Below, in pieces: positions 25,425-38,122 of a stretch of DNA of 41,751 nt. The position numbers and the translations under genes are program-made. The DNA comes from Dimargaris cristalligena (taxonomy: Eukaryota). Below the pieces are notes generated by a model. The model had not been told where the DNA came from. It ran no database searches and was given only the letters and a program-made list of their open reading frames with translations. Position 1 is the first letter of the stretch. Each line of letters opens with the position of its first letter. The DNA lies in assembly GCA_003614675.1 (NCBI GenBank), contig ML002324.1:1-41751 (forward strand). Reading direction: 5' to 3'.

Positions 25425-28400
25425 ATGGCCGCCCAAGCCCCCAATCTCCAAGTCATTTCCGAGTGCTTCCAGCAAACCCTGCAGCCCGCTACTCGTAAAC
25501 AAGGTACGTCGATTCGGCGAGGTCTTCAGTGCCCCAGCCTCTCGGGTAGACCATTAAAGTTGGTTCGTACCAACCCCGCTCCCGCTCCCATTGCTCAGGG
25601 GTCTAGAGATTCTCAGATAAACTCAGACCCCGCATTCAAAGTCCGCTCCACCCTTGTGCTGCGCCAGCCGGGTAACATTGGCCCCTACTTGGAATAGGCT
25701 CTGCATTCCCCAGTTCATTATAGGTTTGGTCGCCCATGGAATACCAGTGTTTTAACGAGAAACACTCGCTAGTTAGTCCCAACCACTGCGTAGTCAATTT
25801 CCCGGCGGTCGACTAAACTCAATGCTCGGCTCATTCCATCCCTAACCATTATCTGCCCCTGTAACTACTTGTACTATTTACTGTTTTTGTTTTTTTTTGA
25901 CAATGAACAGCCGAGCAGTACCTGAACTCCGCCCAGAAGAGCCCGGGCTTCATTGTGTTGCTGCTCGAACTGGCCGGCACGGATACTGCCGATCCCTCCA
26001 CCCGGTTTGCCGCTTCATTGTACTTTAAGAATTTCGTGAAGAAGTACTGGGATTCGGTAAGTGTACACGCGCGCCCTAATTCTTCCGCCTTGCACCTTCG
26101 TCGAATCTCAATAATCACTGTCGACTGTTCCAAATCCACACTGTTTCATAATCGCACCGGTTATTCATTATTCATAAGCCATGCTATTTATTATATGCCT
26201 ACCTGTATTCTGCTTTGTTCGTTCCCAGGCCGAAAATGACGAAGTCTTGATCTCCGACGCTGACCGCTCGGCAGTCAAGGCCCAGATCGTGGACCTGATG
26301 ATCCGGCTGCCTACCAAGCTTCAACTGCAAGTGAGCGATGGGCTATCCATCATCGCCAAGAACGACTTCCCTGACCAATGGCCCAGTCTGATCCAGGTAT
26401 GTAATATATACTGTTTATCCCTTATCGGTTATGGGATAATATTACTCTATGCCAGTAGTTCGGAATCGGTCGGATTTGGCTGTAATTTTGATATATTGTA
26501 GTCCGATAGCCGGTTTGCCGTACCAATGGCATTCCCCGTAGTTATTTGCACACCACAGCAGTGCTATACTAATCCCATTCGCCACTCAAATTATATCTCT
26601 TTAACACCCGCCCTTCCCGCCTACCAGGATCTGAACAACAAACTTAATCCCCAGGACTACCACGTCAACAACGGCGTGCTCCAAACTGCCCACGCTATTT
26701 TCAAACGGTAGGTTGCTTTGCGATCAGTCAGCCTACTCACTAAGCATCGCTTCTCCTTTACGAGCCCAATTTTTCGTTCAATCTGTGACGATAATACCCA
26801 TTATGAATTAGCCTTATTTTGCTAACCTCTGCCCGCATCGCGTTATTATCCATGAACCCATCCCCCTCACTCTCATCAGGTGGCGCAAGGAGTTCCGCAC
26901 TAACGAGCTCTTTTCCGAAATCAAATTTGTTTTGGAGCAATTCACCGGCCCCTTCACCCAGATCTTCAAGGTAAGTCCACTGTCGGTCGCTATATACCCC
27001 CCCTTCCCATTTCCCCGTCAGTTAACCACATACTATACTTTATATTGACCCCATTGGTCCTTAACCCTCAATACCCACTCTATATCCTAATATAACCATA
27101 TAATTCCGTTAATTCCCCCTCCCAGACCACCGATGAGCTCATCGAGGCCCACCGCAACGACGCCGCTGCTCTTAAAACCCTATTGCCGACCATGCTACTC
27201 TTAACCAAAATCTACTACAGTCTCAATTGCCAGGACCTTCCCGAATATTTTGAGGACCACATGACCGAGTTCATGACCGTATTCCACAAGTACCTGCTGT
27301 ACACGAACCCCCTGGTTGACAACAATGACGACGATGAGGCCACTGACGTTGAGAAGATCAAAGCCAGCATCTGTGAGATCATCAGCCTCTATACTAACCG
27401 GGCCGAAGAGCCGTTTGCCCCGATCCTGCCCAAGTTCGTGGAAACCGTGTGGAACATGTTGACGCAACTGGGCCTACAGCCCAAGTACGATATTCTGGCC
27501 AGCAAGGCCATTGGCTTCCTCACCACTGTGGTGTACCAGCCCGGTAATCGGGAATTATTCGCTAACCAGGATACCATGAAGCTCATCTGTGAAAAGATCA
27601 TCCTGCCCAACATGACCCTGCGGGAGAACGACGAAGAACTGTTCGAGGATGAACCTTTGCAATACGTGGTGCACGATCTCGAGGCATCCGACGCTGATAC
27701 CCGTCGCCGCGCCGCCAGTGATCTGGTGCGGGCTTTCTTGCAGGTGTTCCCCACCGAAATCACCGCCATCGTATCTACCTACATTGACCACTACCTGGCG
27801 CGCTACAACCAAAACCCGGCGACCAACTGGAAGGATAAGGATGTGGCCCTATTTATGGTGATGGCAGTAGCGGCAGTGTCCGTAGTGGCTAGACACGGGG
27901 CCACCAAAGTGAACGATCAGATTGATGTGGTGGACTTTTTCAGCAAACACATTATGATGCACCTCCAGGAACTTCCCGGTCAAGGTCACCCTATTATCCA
28001 GGCCGATGCCATCAAGTATGTTTACATCTTCCGGAACCAGTTGACCAAGGAGCAGCACCAAGTTCTGCTCCCTCTTCTCTGCCACCTCCTCAGCCACCCC
28101 AGTCCCTGTGTGGCCACCTACGCGTCGATCTGTTTGGAACGTATCTTCTTCATCAAGCGCGACAAGCAGCCCCTCTTCAGCCCCGCGGACATTAAACCCC
28201 TCATTGAGCCCCTTTTCACCGTTCTCTTCAATTCCCTGGAGGCGGCCGGGTCCGCGGAGAAGATGTCGGAGCAGGAGTACACTATGAAACTGATCATGCG
28301 CGTTATTATTGTGGCCCGGGAGCAGATTGCCGTCGTGGGACCGGTGGTGCTGGCCAAGCTGGCCGCCATGGTCGGACTGGTAAGCAAAAACCCTAGCAAC

Positions 28401-29513
28401 CCCCAGTTCAACCACTACATGTTCGAGTCCATTGCGGTGTTGGCCCGCTTTACCGTGGCCGCCAACCCTGAGTCAGTGACCGCGTTCGAACAGACTCTAT
28501 TCCCGCCCTTCCAGTTCATCCTCCAAGCCGATGTGGCCGACTTCACACCGTATGTGTTCCAAATCCTGTCCCAGCTTCTGTCGGCCCATGCCGGCCAGGC
28601 ACTGCCGGACCCGTACAAGGCTCTCTTCCCCCCGCTGCTGTTGCCGGTCCTGTGGGAAAATAGCGGCAACGTCCCCGCATTGGTGCGCTTAATTAAGTCC
28701 TACCTGCAAGTGGGCCCTTCGTTCATCGCCCCCGACCACCTGTCCCCCGTCCTGGGTATCTTCCAGAAGCTGCTGGCGTCCAAAACGAATGACCGCTACG
28801 CCTTTGATTTGCTGAACACCCTGCTGTACTACGCCCCCATGGCCGCCCTCAAGCCCCAGTTGAATGCCGTGTTTCTACTTATGCTCAACCGACTCCAGAA
28901 TAGCAGCACGAGCAAATTCACGCGGGCGTTCATCTATTTCATCGCCTTCTTCATGTGCTTAGAGAAGCCCGGCGAATCCATGCCGGCTCTGTTTTTGAAC
29001 GTCACCGACGGGATTCAGCCCAAGATTTTCGCGGGTATTCTGCGCTCGATTGTCATTCCCAACCTCAAGAATCTGAACAATACCCACGAGCGTAAGGTGA
29101 CGACGGTCGGATTTATGCGTTTATTGACTACCCAACCCGCCGTGGTGTTCACCACGCCGTACCTCGAGGTCCTGCCCGACCTGCTGGTGGTTCTGGCCGA
29201 AAAACTCCATATCCAGGTGGCCGATGGCGGAGCCGCCGATTCGGCCGCTAACCAAACCCAAGATGGAGGCGACCCCAGTGGCACGACCGATAACTTGGAT
29301 TCGGTGGATCTGATTGACAGTGCAGCGTTCCAGACCAACTATTCCCGTCTGGCCACGATTTCCAAGGAACAGCTGGACCCTGCCCCTTATGTGACCGACT
29401 ACCGCGCGCAGCTCAAGGATAACTTGGTCGGGTTGGCCCAGTCCCAGCCGGTCCTGATGCGCACGGTAGTGGAACGTTTGTCACCCGAGGCCAAGGCTAT
29501 TTTGGGCGTGTGA
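25425..29513 (+). CDS. CSE1: Importin-alpha re-exporter / exportin-2, join(25425..25503,25911..26056,26229..26396,26628..26707,26880..26970,27126..29513), 983 aa
   Basis: IBN_N start (RKQAEQYL...RFAASLYFKNFVKKYW), DFPDQWPSL, KRWRKEFRTNELFSEIKFVL, SLNCQDLPEYFEDHM, DTRRRAASDLVR, KNPSNPQFNHYMFESI. GT-AG introns all in phase. Confidence 0.96.
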
Positions 29514-31866
29514 TCTAGGTAGTTGCGTATCTTGCCTGGTACCCCAGAATTCGCTTTTAGTTAGGGTGTTTCTCCAAAGTTGGGAAGAGGGGGGGGGTTG
29601 TCGTTATTTTCACCCTTTGGAACATTGTCTAAGCGTAATTTAGTCACTAATGTTAAACCGGTAGGGGAAAAATCAATTATCCGCATATCATTATTTTTTT
29701 GTTCAACCCCCCCCCCCGTATTACCTTCATGCCCTTTATGTTGTTAGGGTGACGTATTTTTTTTTAGGGATACTGCTTGGCCTTTCATTTACTATAGTTT
29801 GACCACAGAGTGCAGTCTGTGATGGACTCTTCGCGGATTATCGTACTCTTCCTTGCCCACCCGGTCCATACAGTATCTATCCCCCCACTTTCCTTACCAA
29901 CCCCATCGATTGAACCATATCCCACATTTACATTGCACTCGGGCTTTCGCCTATTCGCGTGACTGCTCCACCTTGCCGCCATTTCGCTGGTTCTTTATTT
30001 GAACTTACGTGGCTGGAAAGCACTATTTCTCATTATCCTATTTTATTAAAACCATTGACATACATTTACTCTTTTTTTTAAAAAAAAATATAATAATAAT
30101 CTAGTACACCGGCAGGATGAAATATTGCCCAGTTGGATGGCCGGGTCTATAATTGAATAGATTAAATTTGGTCCGCTGTAGTGACTCCGCCGCCTTTTCC
30201 TCCGTTTGAGCCTCGTCAAATATATGGTTTCAGAGGGTGTGGCATATTGATGAATTCGCTGCCCATTTGTTTTAATGATTTCATTAATTTGAAAAAACAT
30301 AACAAAACCAGGTAGACAATAGATTACGCTGGTGGAGCAGTACGGTATGCCTAAGCCCGGTGACTTTAGCAGAACCCCCATAGCCCCGCCCACCTCCTGG
30401 CCAAAACTAGAGTAAGGCCAGTTTGAACATGGGGGTGTGTTGGTAGGGCAAGTGTCGGAGAATAGATTAACCGGTAGAGCGAAAGGCCCAATCTAATCGG
30501 CAATCAGTGAACTCCCTTCCCGCTCTGTCGGACTTCTTTAAGACTTAAAAGGGTGGGTGGGATATAATCGTCACTAAAATAAATAAAACAAGGGGGGGCT
30601 ACTCAGTCAATTTAATCGTTGTCGGGAAAGTTAGGGGGCATTTCCACCGCTAGGAGTATTTGGGGGGAGGGATGATATTTCTATCCGCCCCCTCCCCTTT
30701 CTCTTCATCGTTCGAACGCCCCTCCTTCGCTTTAAAATCGGTCAGGGCGAATGTTAGGACACCACCATTGGGGGGTCATTTATGGCCCACTATACCGAAG
30801 GCACCATTATATAACCCATGCTCCTACAATAGTGGTCGATAACAACCCAGACCTATGGGTGCATTTATCATATAAAGCAGATAATGGACAGTGGTGCAAA
30901 TCCGATCAAGATTTGCATATGCGAGGCAAACCAAAGCCAATGGGGTGAACTCCTACTTAGCAACAAACGGGGACGAAGTAGGCTGACGAGTGGGGATACG
31001 GTTCATTCACGGGACGGGGTTGCTTTGGGGAACACCATTATTGATATCTCTTAGCCAGCGGGGTCAATGATATTGCATACCCATGAAGGCTAATGAAAAA
31101 ATGCCATTCATTTTCCCCTTTTTACCGCACTCATCACTCCTGCAAAATGCGAGCAATTCTATAGATGGACATTCCATTAATCCCTGCTTAGGTATTCTAT
31201 AATCTATGGGGAGTGTTTCTGTAATCCTATTTAGCCGTACTACTTTGGCGCCTCTATACCTCCAGCCATTAATTTCCCAAATCCCTCCTCCCGCCCCTTT
31301 TACTAAATGTCCTATTAATAGACATGCCCCCCCCCCCTTGTATCGGACAGATGGCCAGCTTAAAAGCATATTTCTTTGTCCAGCTTTACTAAAAGGCGGT
31401 GATCTTTCGCGGGGATTGGTGGGGTTGTGCAGAGTGAAAGGGGGGTGGGTGGGGGCAAAAAAAGAACGAGTCTTGCCAATCAACTAGGAGGAACAGCGAG
31501 TTCGTCGATCGCAAGGGTTCGCCAGTTTACTGGGACGTATCCATTACCTTGGGACGAGAGAAGGGGTGGGGAACTAGGCACAGATTGTGCAGTCCGTGGT
31601 GATTTAGCCGGCGTGCAGATTCACAGTAGATTCAATAAAATGTATCATTGTAGTGGGGGGCGAGCAGCAGGCGGTGGGAATGCGTTTGTTGTTAGTAATA
31701 TATAGCCCATTCATTGTTATCTTTATCGACGAACGGGAAGACTAAGAACCCCAGTTAGCCGATTATTTTTCTTTCACGAGCCTGCAGTCGAAAGCCCGCC
31801 TAAATTAATTATACTTGAGTCTTGGCGGTGGGTGCTGCTTCTCAAGCACCAGTACATCTTGGCCAT

Positions 31867-31892
31867 TATATATATATATATATATATATATA
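31867..31892. promoter_or_regulatory. (TA)n tract, candidate TATA element about 120 nt upstream of the small secreted peptide gene
   Basis: About 13 TA repeats followed by a C/A/T-rich leader up to the ATG at 32010 (context ACCATG). Regulatory role is inferred. Confidence 0.45.
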
Positions 31893-32009
31893 CCTGTAAG
31901 TCCGACAACCCCTAGTACCCATCATCAGCTCAATCTCATATATTTTCCATCTCCACTATAACTTCCCATTCCAGCATACTACACTCTTCCCCTGCTATAT
32001 TTACCTACC

Positions 32010-32264
32010 ATGAAGCTCATTGCCCCTTCTCATTCCGTCTTGATAACCGCGCTTGTCGTTGCTTTGGCCATGTCCTCGACCAACTTAGTCGTGGCATCAC
32101 CGGTCCCCTCAGTCTCCAGTGGCGCCATTCCGTCCCCAGAAACCTTCGCCGCACTCCATAAGCGGAGTATTTTAAGTGTGTTTAAAACTGGATTTAAAAT
32201 GGTTCGTGGTGCTTTGGGAATGGGCAGCAGCAGCAGCAGCAGCAGCAAAACTACAAATAAATAA
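32010..32264 (+). CDS. Small secreted prepropeptide, 84 aa: signal peptide, propeptide, KR site, cationic amphipathic mature peptide
   Basis: MK start, hydrophobic core VLITALVVALA, likely cleavage VVA|SPVP, propeptide ending LHKR, mature SILSVFKTGFKMVRGALGMGSSSSSSSKTTNK. Good start context, and AATAAA downstream at 32571. Confidence 0.8.
   Translation: MKLIAPSHSVLITALVVALAMSSTNLVVASPVPSVSSGAIPSPETFAALHKRSILSVFKTGFKMVRGALGMGSSSSSSSKTTNK
32224..32246 (+). repeat. (AGC)n coding microsatellite encoding poly-Ser in the peptide tail
   Basis: Seven consecutive AGC codons following GGC. Confidence 0.85.
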
Positions 32265-34014
32265 GTTGGCCGACTGCCGGGTTGGGTCAGCACCAAGGCC
32301 CTATCCACATTCGTTACGGTTTGTTCGCCTCCATCCCCACTAAGACTTCTTTACCTTGTCGTTATCGACATTTTTAGCATTAGTACACCCACTATCTATC
32401 CCACATTTACCAATAGCATCTCTGTTTAAGGCATGTTTTACATAAGAGTTTTCAATACAGGTGGGTATCTAATATACTGCCCATTCATCGCAGCGAAATT
32501 CATTCAATTATCAGTTGGGTACTCAATATGGTTGGCATATCTATCCCAATTTTTGTTTACACATTTTTCCAATAAATACATTTGTAGTTTAAATTTAACA
32601 TGTAGATACTGAAAATAAGCATAAATAGCTTTCTTGTTTAAGTAATCTGATCAAATGGAGTAGATGGTCATATCGACAGGGTGTAACATAGGTATTATGT
32701 AAATTGGAAGTGTTCGGCGTCGGAAGCTATTACTATCCAGTCGGAGTGGGATTTAAGTAGTCATATAGAAACCTGTGGTAGATTTTAGATGCAGTAGGGC
32801 ATGTTTTCTTGGCTATGTTGACGTTTCTTGGTTAGTTTTTGTTTAAAAAATGATGGGTAAATATCCCGGCTTTTGAAATATCCGTAAAATGGACACTCCG
32901 CCTGCCCATGAAAATTCGAAGTGTGGTTACCGGTAGAAGCTCCGGATTAGAAATATAAATAATGAAACACATCAGCGGTAAACTGCACAGTAAACCCACC
33001 CTAAGAGGAGTATAGGTGAAGCGAAACTCAATCTCGTGGTGTTGAAACGAAATACAAAGGAAAATACCCTTTAAACTAATTGCGCCCTGTCTTGCTAAAC
33101 GGAACATTCGGTATATAGCCAGGTAGAGGCCCACCCATATGCTACTGGACTTCCGAAATGGTCCATTAAAATTCTTGGCGTTAAATATATGAATAGACAA
33201 TAGAATTGGATTCTATATGTATAAAAGTCGAGTCGGGCTAAACTATAAGCGCCCAAATGTCTATTTTATGGGCACAAGAAGACTCTTTTCATATTATAGT
33301 CGAGTGTCTTGAATAGGCCGAATAGAACGTAAATAAGGCAACACTAACTTTACACCATATATACTCGTAAAACTCAAAGCGGCCAGAACTCCATGCGCTC
33401 AGTTTTTCTTCCTATTTATAAGGATATCGCCGTATTCCATGTATATATATAATTAAACTCTTATATTATGCAATAGAAATGGGGTTGAAAGCCCCAGTGA
33501 TTTTCCTTAGTCGGAAACCCGATTTCTTTATTATTTATAAAAGACAGTCAAGCGGGTGGTTGTTAATGCTGGCCTATGTATTCCGAGACTGTTACTTATG
33601 ATTACGATCAATTCCATACATTGTAAGATATATTTTCGTACAGTTGAGAGGCCATTCTCACAATAGGCACACCGGCTTCTAGTAAACCCGATCACGTGAT
33701 ATGTGAAGTATGGCTCACTGGCTCGGGGTTGCTTCGAGATCACGGCTCACTATTATTTTTTTTCGCATTTATTACTATAGGCATTGGCTCACCATGAAGA
33801 ATTTCACATTAAAAGAGATTCCCGTCGCACATTACCAAGTCGAAAACTTCTCGAAATTGGTGACCTTACCACCACAACAGTATTGCAACTGAGTTGGCTG
33901 TTCATACTCTATTTTTTTATACCTCATTTCTTGGAATTGACTAACCAGTAGGGCCTCCATTTCCGCATTTCACCCTTTTCTCACCGCACACGCCCATTCA
34001 GCCAATTGCCCACC

Positions 34015-37000
34015 ATGAGCGAGTCGATAAACCAGGACCTGCAACGGAACAAGTCGCAGTTGTTTGTTCGCAGCCTTCCATACGATGCCACTTCCGAGAT
34101 AAGTACCTTCCCGGGTTTAGCCCGACACTAATTTATGCGTTCCCGGCCCATAGAGGGCTGGGGCGTGTATGGTTTAATGAAAAATACCTGCTGGCTCAAT
34201 TCTCCTCTGCCCGCCCACCTCCAGCCTAAAACTCCCGTATTTACCTTGATATATATTATATGGTTGGTCTTTGATAACCCCTAATCCCCCGGACACCTCT
34301 GTTTTTTGATTGGCCGAATTACGAGCTGGAGGCCTTTTTTAACGAAATCGGTCCAACCAAATCCTGCTTCGTCGCCACCGATAGCACCAAGTTCGATGCC
34401 CAAGGCAACACCCTTAACAAAGGCTACGGCTTTGTCCAATTGTAAGATTATATGGGTCTACTGGTGGTCACCTTGTTTTATGAAATTTGAAGTTCGTCTG
34501 GCACTAGATTCATTTTTTCGGTATTGGACTTGATTCGATATTGTCAGTCACCCGGACTATCAGAAACTGACCCGATAAAAACTGCTGGCTATTGCTAACT
34601 ACTTTAACATATATATATATATATATGTATATATATAACTATTTTGTCTGAAACCATAGCGCCTTGCCTGAAGATGCCGAGAGAGCCATTACTGAGCTAC
34701 CCCAAAAGTTATTTAATAACAAGCGTAAGCTTAAGATTGAATTTGCCATTACCCGGTCCCGTAATGATAATCAGGACGAACACGCCCGATTGGTAAAGCA
34801 GTCAATTGAAGGTAAGTTTCTATAACATCCACAGTCGATCCCCCCCATTATTATTGCCTTCAGTTGCCAGTCCCTGGTTTCTATACATCAACCAAATGCA
34901 AAACAGTAGAAACAAGTATCATAGATTGGTCTTGGAAACGGTTGACTAATTCGGCCTGACGACTTGATAATTCCCTTTTTACTAATCCTAACCTTTAAGA
35001 TGGTCGTATGGCCAAGAAGGTACATTCTAACAAAGCCCGGAAGGAAACGTAAGTAAATCTCCAACCCTCCTTGCACCGACATCTTTCGCATACTAGTCTT
35101 GGTTGTGGCCTTGTAGATCATCATCTTGCTTCATTTATCAAACCATATCGAAATATCCCTTGAACACACCTATCCCTCCTTAGCGTTAACTCGGAACAGA
35201 AAAATTGGAAAACACCTACCCAAGTTATTATTGTGCGCGGTATACCCGCCGGGGTTACTAAAAAGGAAATCTTCAAGAAGGCCAAGAAGTTCGGTAAACC
35301 CCAAAATATTAAGTTCCCCTACGATCTACCTGCCGGTTCCACGACCGAGGCCTCCGACAAATCCGTGACGGGCCAATCAGGTAAATAAGCCGCCGTAGTT
35401 TTTCTCGTTTATGCCGAAACTTGCCACCTGATTTAATGTAAATTGATTGCCATTTGTCAACTCACGCTAATGTCATCCACACTTGGATTATACTGCGACT
35501 TTTACCCTGTATAATTTATTCATACACCCCCTATTGTCTATTCTCTCCTTACTTGTTTTTGTCATTTGTAGCCCTGATCTTCTATACCACCCTCCCCGAG
35601 GCCCGCAAAGCCCGCCATTCCCTGCACGACCACGTGTTCAAAGGGTCTAAGCTGGTCGCCGAATTCGCGCGGTATGCCAAAAAAGATGGGCGTGTTATTG
35701 TGCACAACCTCGCTTTCAACACCGCGGCTGACGACGTGCGCAAACATTTCAGTCCGTTCGGTATGGTGGTCGATGTGAACATCCTCCTGAACAAGGAGAA
35801 GGCCCGGTCCAACGGGGTTGCGTTTGTTCATATGGGTACGGTGGAAGAGGCCCAGTGGGCCATTGAAAAACTCAACGGATCTACCTTGCAGGGTCGCCTG
35901 ATTGCGGTCGACATGGTCGTTTCGAAAGAGGAACATGAGAAGCGCCAGTTAACGGAGCTAATGGACGACGATGATGATGATGATGACGATGACAATGCTG
36001 ATGCCGACGGTGACGACGTGGATGAGGCAGAAGCCGAGGCCGAGCAAGAGAGTGATAGCGAGGATGAAGCCACGCCATCGAAGAACAGCCCTGGCCAGGA
36101 AGGGTCCCAGAAAACCGAGGCTGCTTCCAAGGTCGTGGAATCCTCCGCTGAGCAGACGGACGCCGCCAAGAAGAAGCCCGTCACCTCGACTCGCCTCAAC
36201 AGTACCGTGTTCATTCGCAATTTATCCTACGAGGAAACGGAAGCCACCCTCCACGAACACTTCCTCCGATTCGGTCCCATCCGCCACGCCCTCATCACGC
36301 GGGACAAACTAACCAATAATTCGCTGGGAACGGGATTCGTCTGCTTCGAACACCCCGAAGTAGCCGAGCTGTGTGTCCAGCAGGCCGCCTTCGCCAACGG
36401 CCAGGCCAACACCCAAATGGCCGAGTTTTTCATCAAGCCCGGCCGATTACCCCCGGCCTATAAGAGTGTCTTGGAACCCGAGGTATCCCAGTCCTACCCG
36501 GACATCCAGAACTTCATGCTTCACGGCCGTTTGGTCACGGTGGACATTGCTGTGGACCGCAAGGAAGCCACCCGCCTGCGGGAGGCCAAGTCGAGCCGCC
36601 CCCATAATGACAAGCGGAACCTCTACTTGCTCCAGGAAGGCGCCCTGCCGGTTGACTCCCCCTTGGCCGCGGTGCTAGGGCCCGCTGAATTCGGTAAGCG
36701 CCAGGACTCGTACGCCAAACGTCGGGCGGATCTTACGAACAACCCCAACCTCATGATTTCGCGCACCCGTCTGGCCATCCGCAATGTCCCTGCTGAATGG
36801 GACGACGGTATGATCCGCCGCGCCGCGCTAACCGCCGTGGCGGAATTCAAAAAGGCCGTCGCCAAGGGCGACCAGGCCCCCCTTTCGCCGACGGAAAAAA
36901 GTGAAGGTGGGTGGGATCATCTGCCCCGCCTGAAACAGGCCATCATTAACCGCGAAACGATCCAGATTGACCCCAAAACGAACCTGGGCCGGTCGCGGCG

Positions 37001-37842
37001 GTCGGCGTTTGTGGAATTCGTCGACCATTCCCATGCATTGGCCGCCCTGCGGTACTTGAACAATAACCCCACCGTGTTCACCAAGACCCAGCGGCCCATC
37101 GTCGAGTTTGCCATTGATAAGAAGACCGTCATGTTGTTGCGGGAAAAACGTATCGAGCGGTCAACGGCGGCGATTCAGGCGAAGCAAGCCGACCAGAATC
37201 AGGGTCAGGGTCAGGGTCAGGGCCAGAAGCAGAACCGGAACTCGATCTCAAAGCCGGAGACTAAGCCCAGAATGGGTATGGATGGTCCCGGAAAGGCGGC
37301 CCAGGCCAAGCGCAAGGGTAACCACAAGAGTGATGACACCGAGTCCCCCCGGAAACGGCCGAATAATGGGGATGGCAAGCCAGGGGCTAACCGCAATGGA
37401 CGTCCGCAGCGCGATGCGAAACCCGAGCATAAGTCCCGGTCGGCCAAACCCGGCCAGGCAGGTGATAGACCCCAAGCCTCTAAACGCGAAACTAATCGGT
37501 CGGAGGTAAGTTCCGAAAACGGTTGCCTAATGGCGCTAAACCGATTTGACAGTGATAGTGGTGGTGGCTGTGGGGCTATATACGTGTTATTCGCATTTGG
37601 TCACAATAAGTTCGGCCCACAGCCAATTGCCTGTTCTTTGTAAGAGAACATGTGAAGGGGGATATCTGGCCAATAGTAACCCCGATCCCTCGTTTTCCAT
37701 GGCATTGCTATTAACATCACTGTTTATTTCTGATTGATTTACCAACCTATTTTAGAAGCCGAAACATACGTCCGAGAACAACTCATCCGACGCCTTCAAA
37801 GCTGCCAAGGATTTGATCAAGAATGCCCTCAAGAGCGCTTAA
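34015..37842 (+). CDS. NOP4: Nucleolar multi-RRM 60S biogenesis factor Nop4/RBM28, join(34015..34098,34323..34441,34660..34811,35000..35048,35184..35380,35572..37505,37756..37842), 873 aa
   Basis: RRM1 LFVRSLPYDATSE|ELEAFFNEIGPTKSCFV...NKGYGFVQFALPEDAERA; further RRMs; acidic tract; STVFIRNLSY; DKRNLYLLQEG; NPNLMISRTRLAIRNVP; AFVEFVDHSHALAALRYLNNNP...RPIVEFA. Exon phases are consistent. Intron 1 requires AT-AC termini. Confidence 0.92.
34099..34322 (+). other. Non-canonical AT-AC intron, 224 nt (NOP4 intron 1)
   Basis: GAG|ATAAGTAC ... CCCTAATC ... GTTTTTTGATTGGCCGAATTAC|GAG. No AG dinucleotide between the in-frame stop at 34275 and 34322. Confidence 0.75.
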
Positions 37843-38122
37843 ATCGAGTTACATGCCACATTTTATTTCAGTTTATTCGGCCGCCCAAGTGAGGTTTTCT
37901 TTAATGCCAGTTTAAAGCCCGGCTGTCAACAATTCAATTTTAGTTAATATTGCCGTCCATCATTTATGTTTTTACCACCAGTCAACCGAAAAATTGGGCT
38001 TGATTCAGCCATTCGTACTAGTCAATATTAAAATATCGTACGTCTCGTCTCATTTTCTCTAAATATGGAAACGAGGATATGTGGATTTTTATTCAAAATT
38101 AGGATAGGCCTCTGGTGTATCA

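Noticed and set aside
29785-31705. Short ORFs between CSE1 and the peptide gene
   Set aside because: No codon bias like the real genes, no motifs and no coherent splice model.
34099-34322. Classifying the AT-AC intron as a typical U12 intron
   Set aside because: The donor is ATAAGT rather than ATATCC and there is no TCCTTAAC branch site close to the 3' end.
35454-37643. 729-aa ORF as the complete NOP4
   Set aside because: Both ends read through introns; the real exon is 35572..37505.
37753-37758. NAGNAG (TAGAAG) acceptor at the NOP4 last exon
   Set aside because: Would add or remove a single Lys in a low-complexity tail; common and unremarkable.
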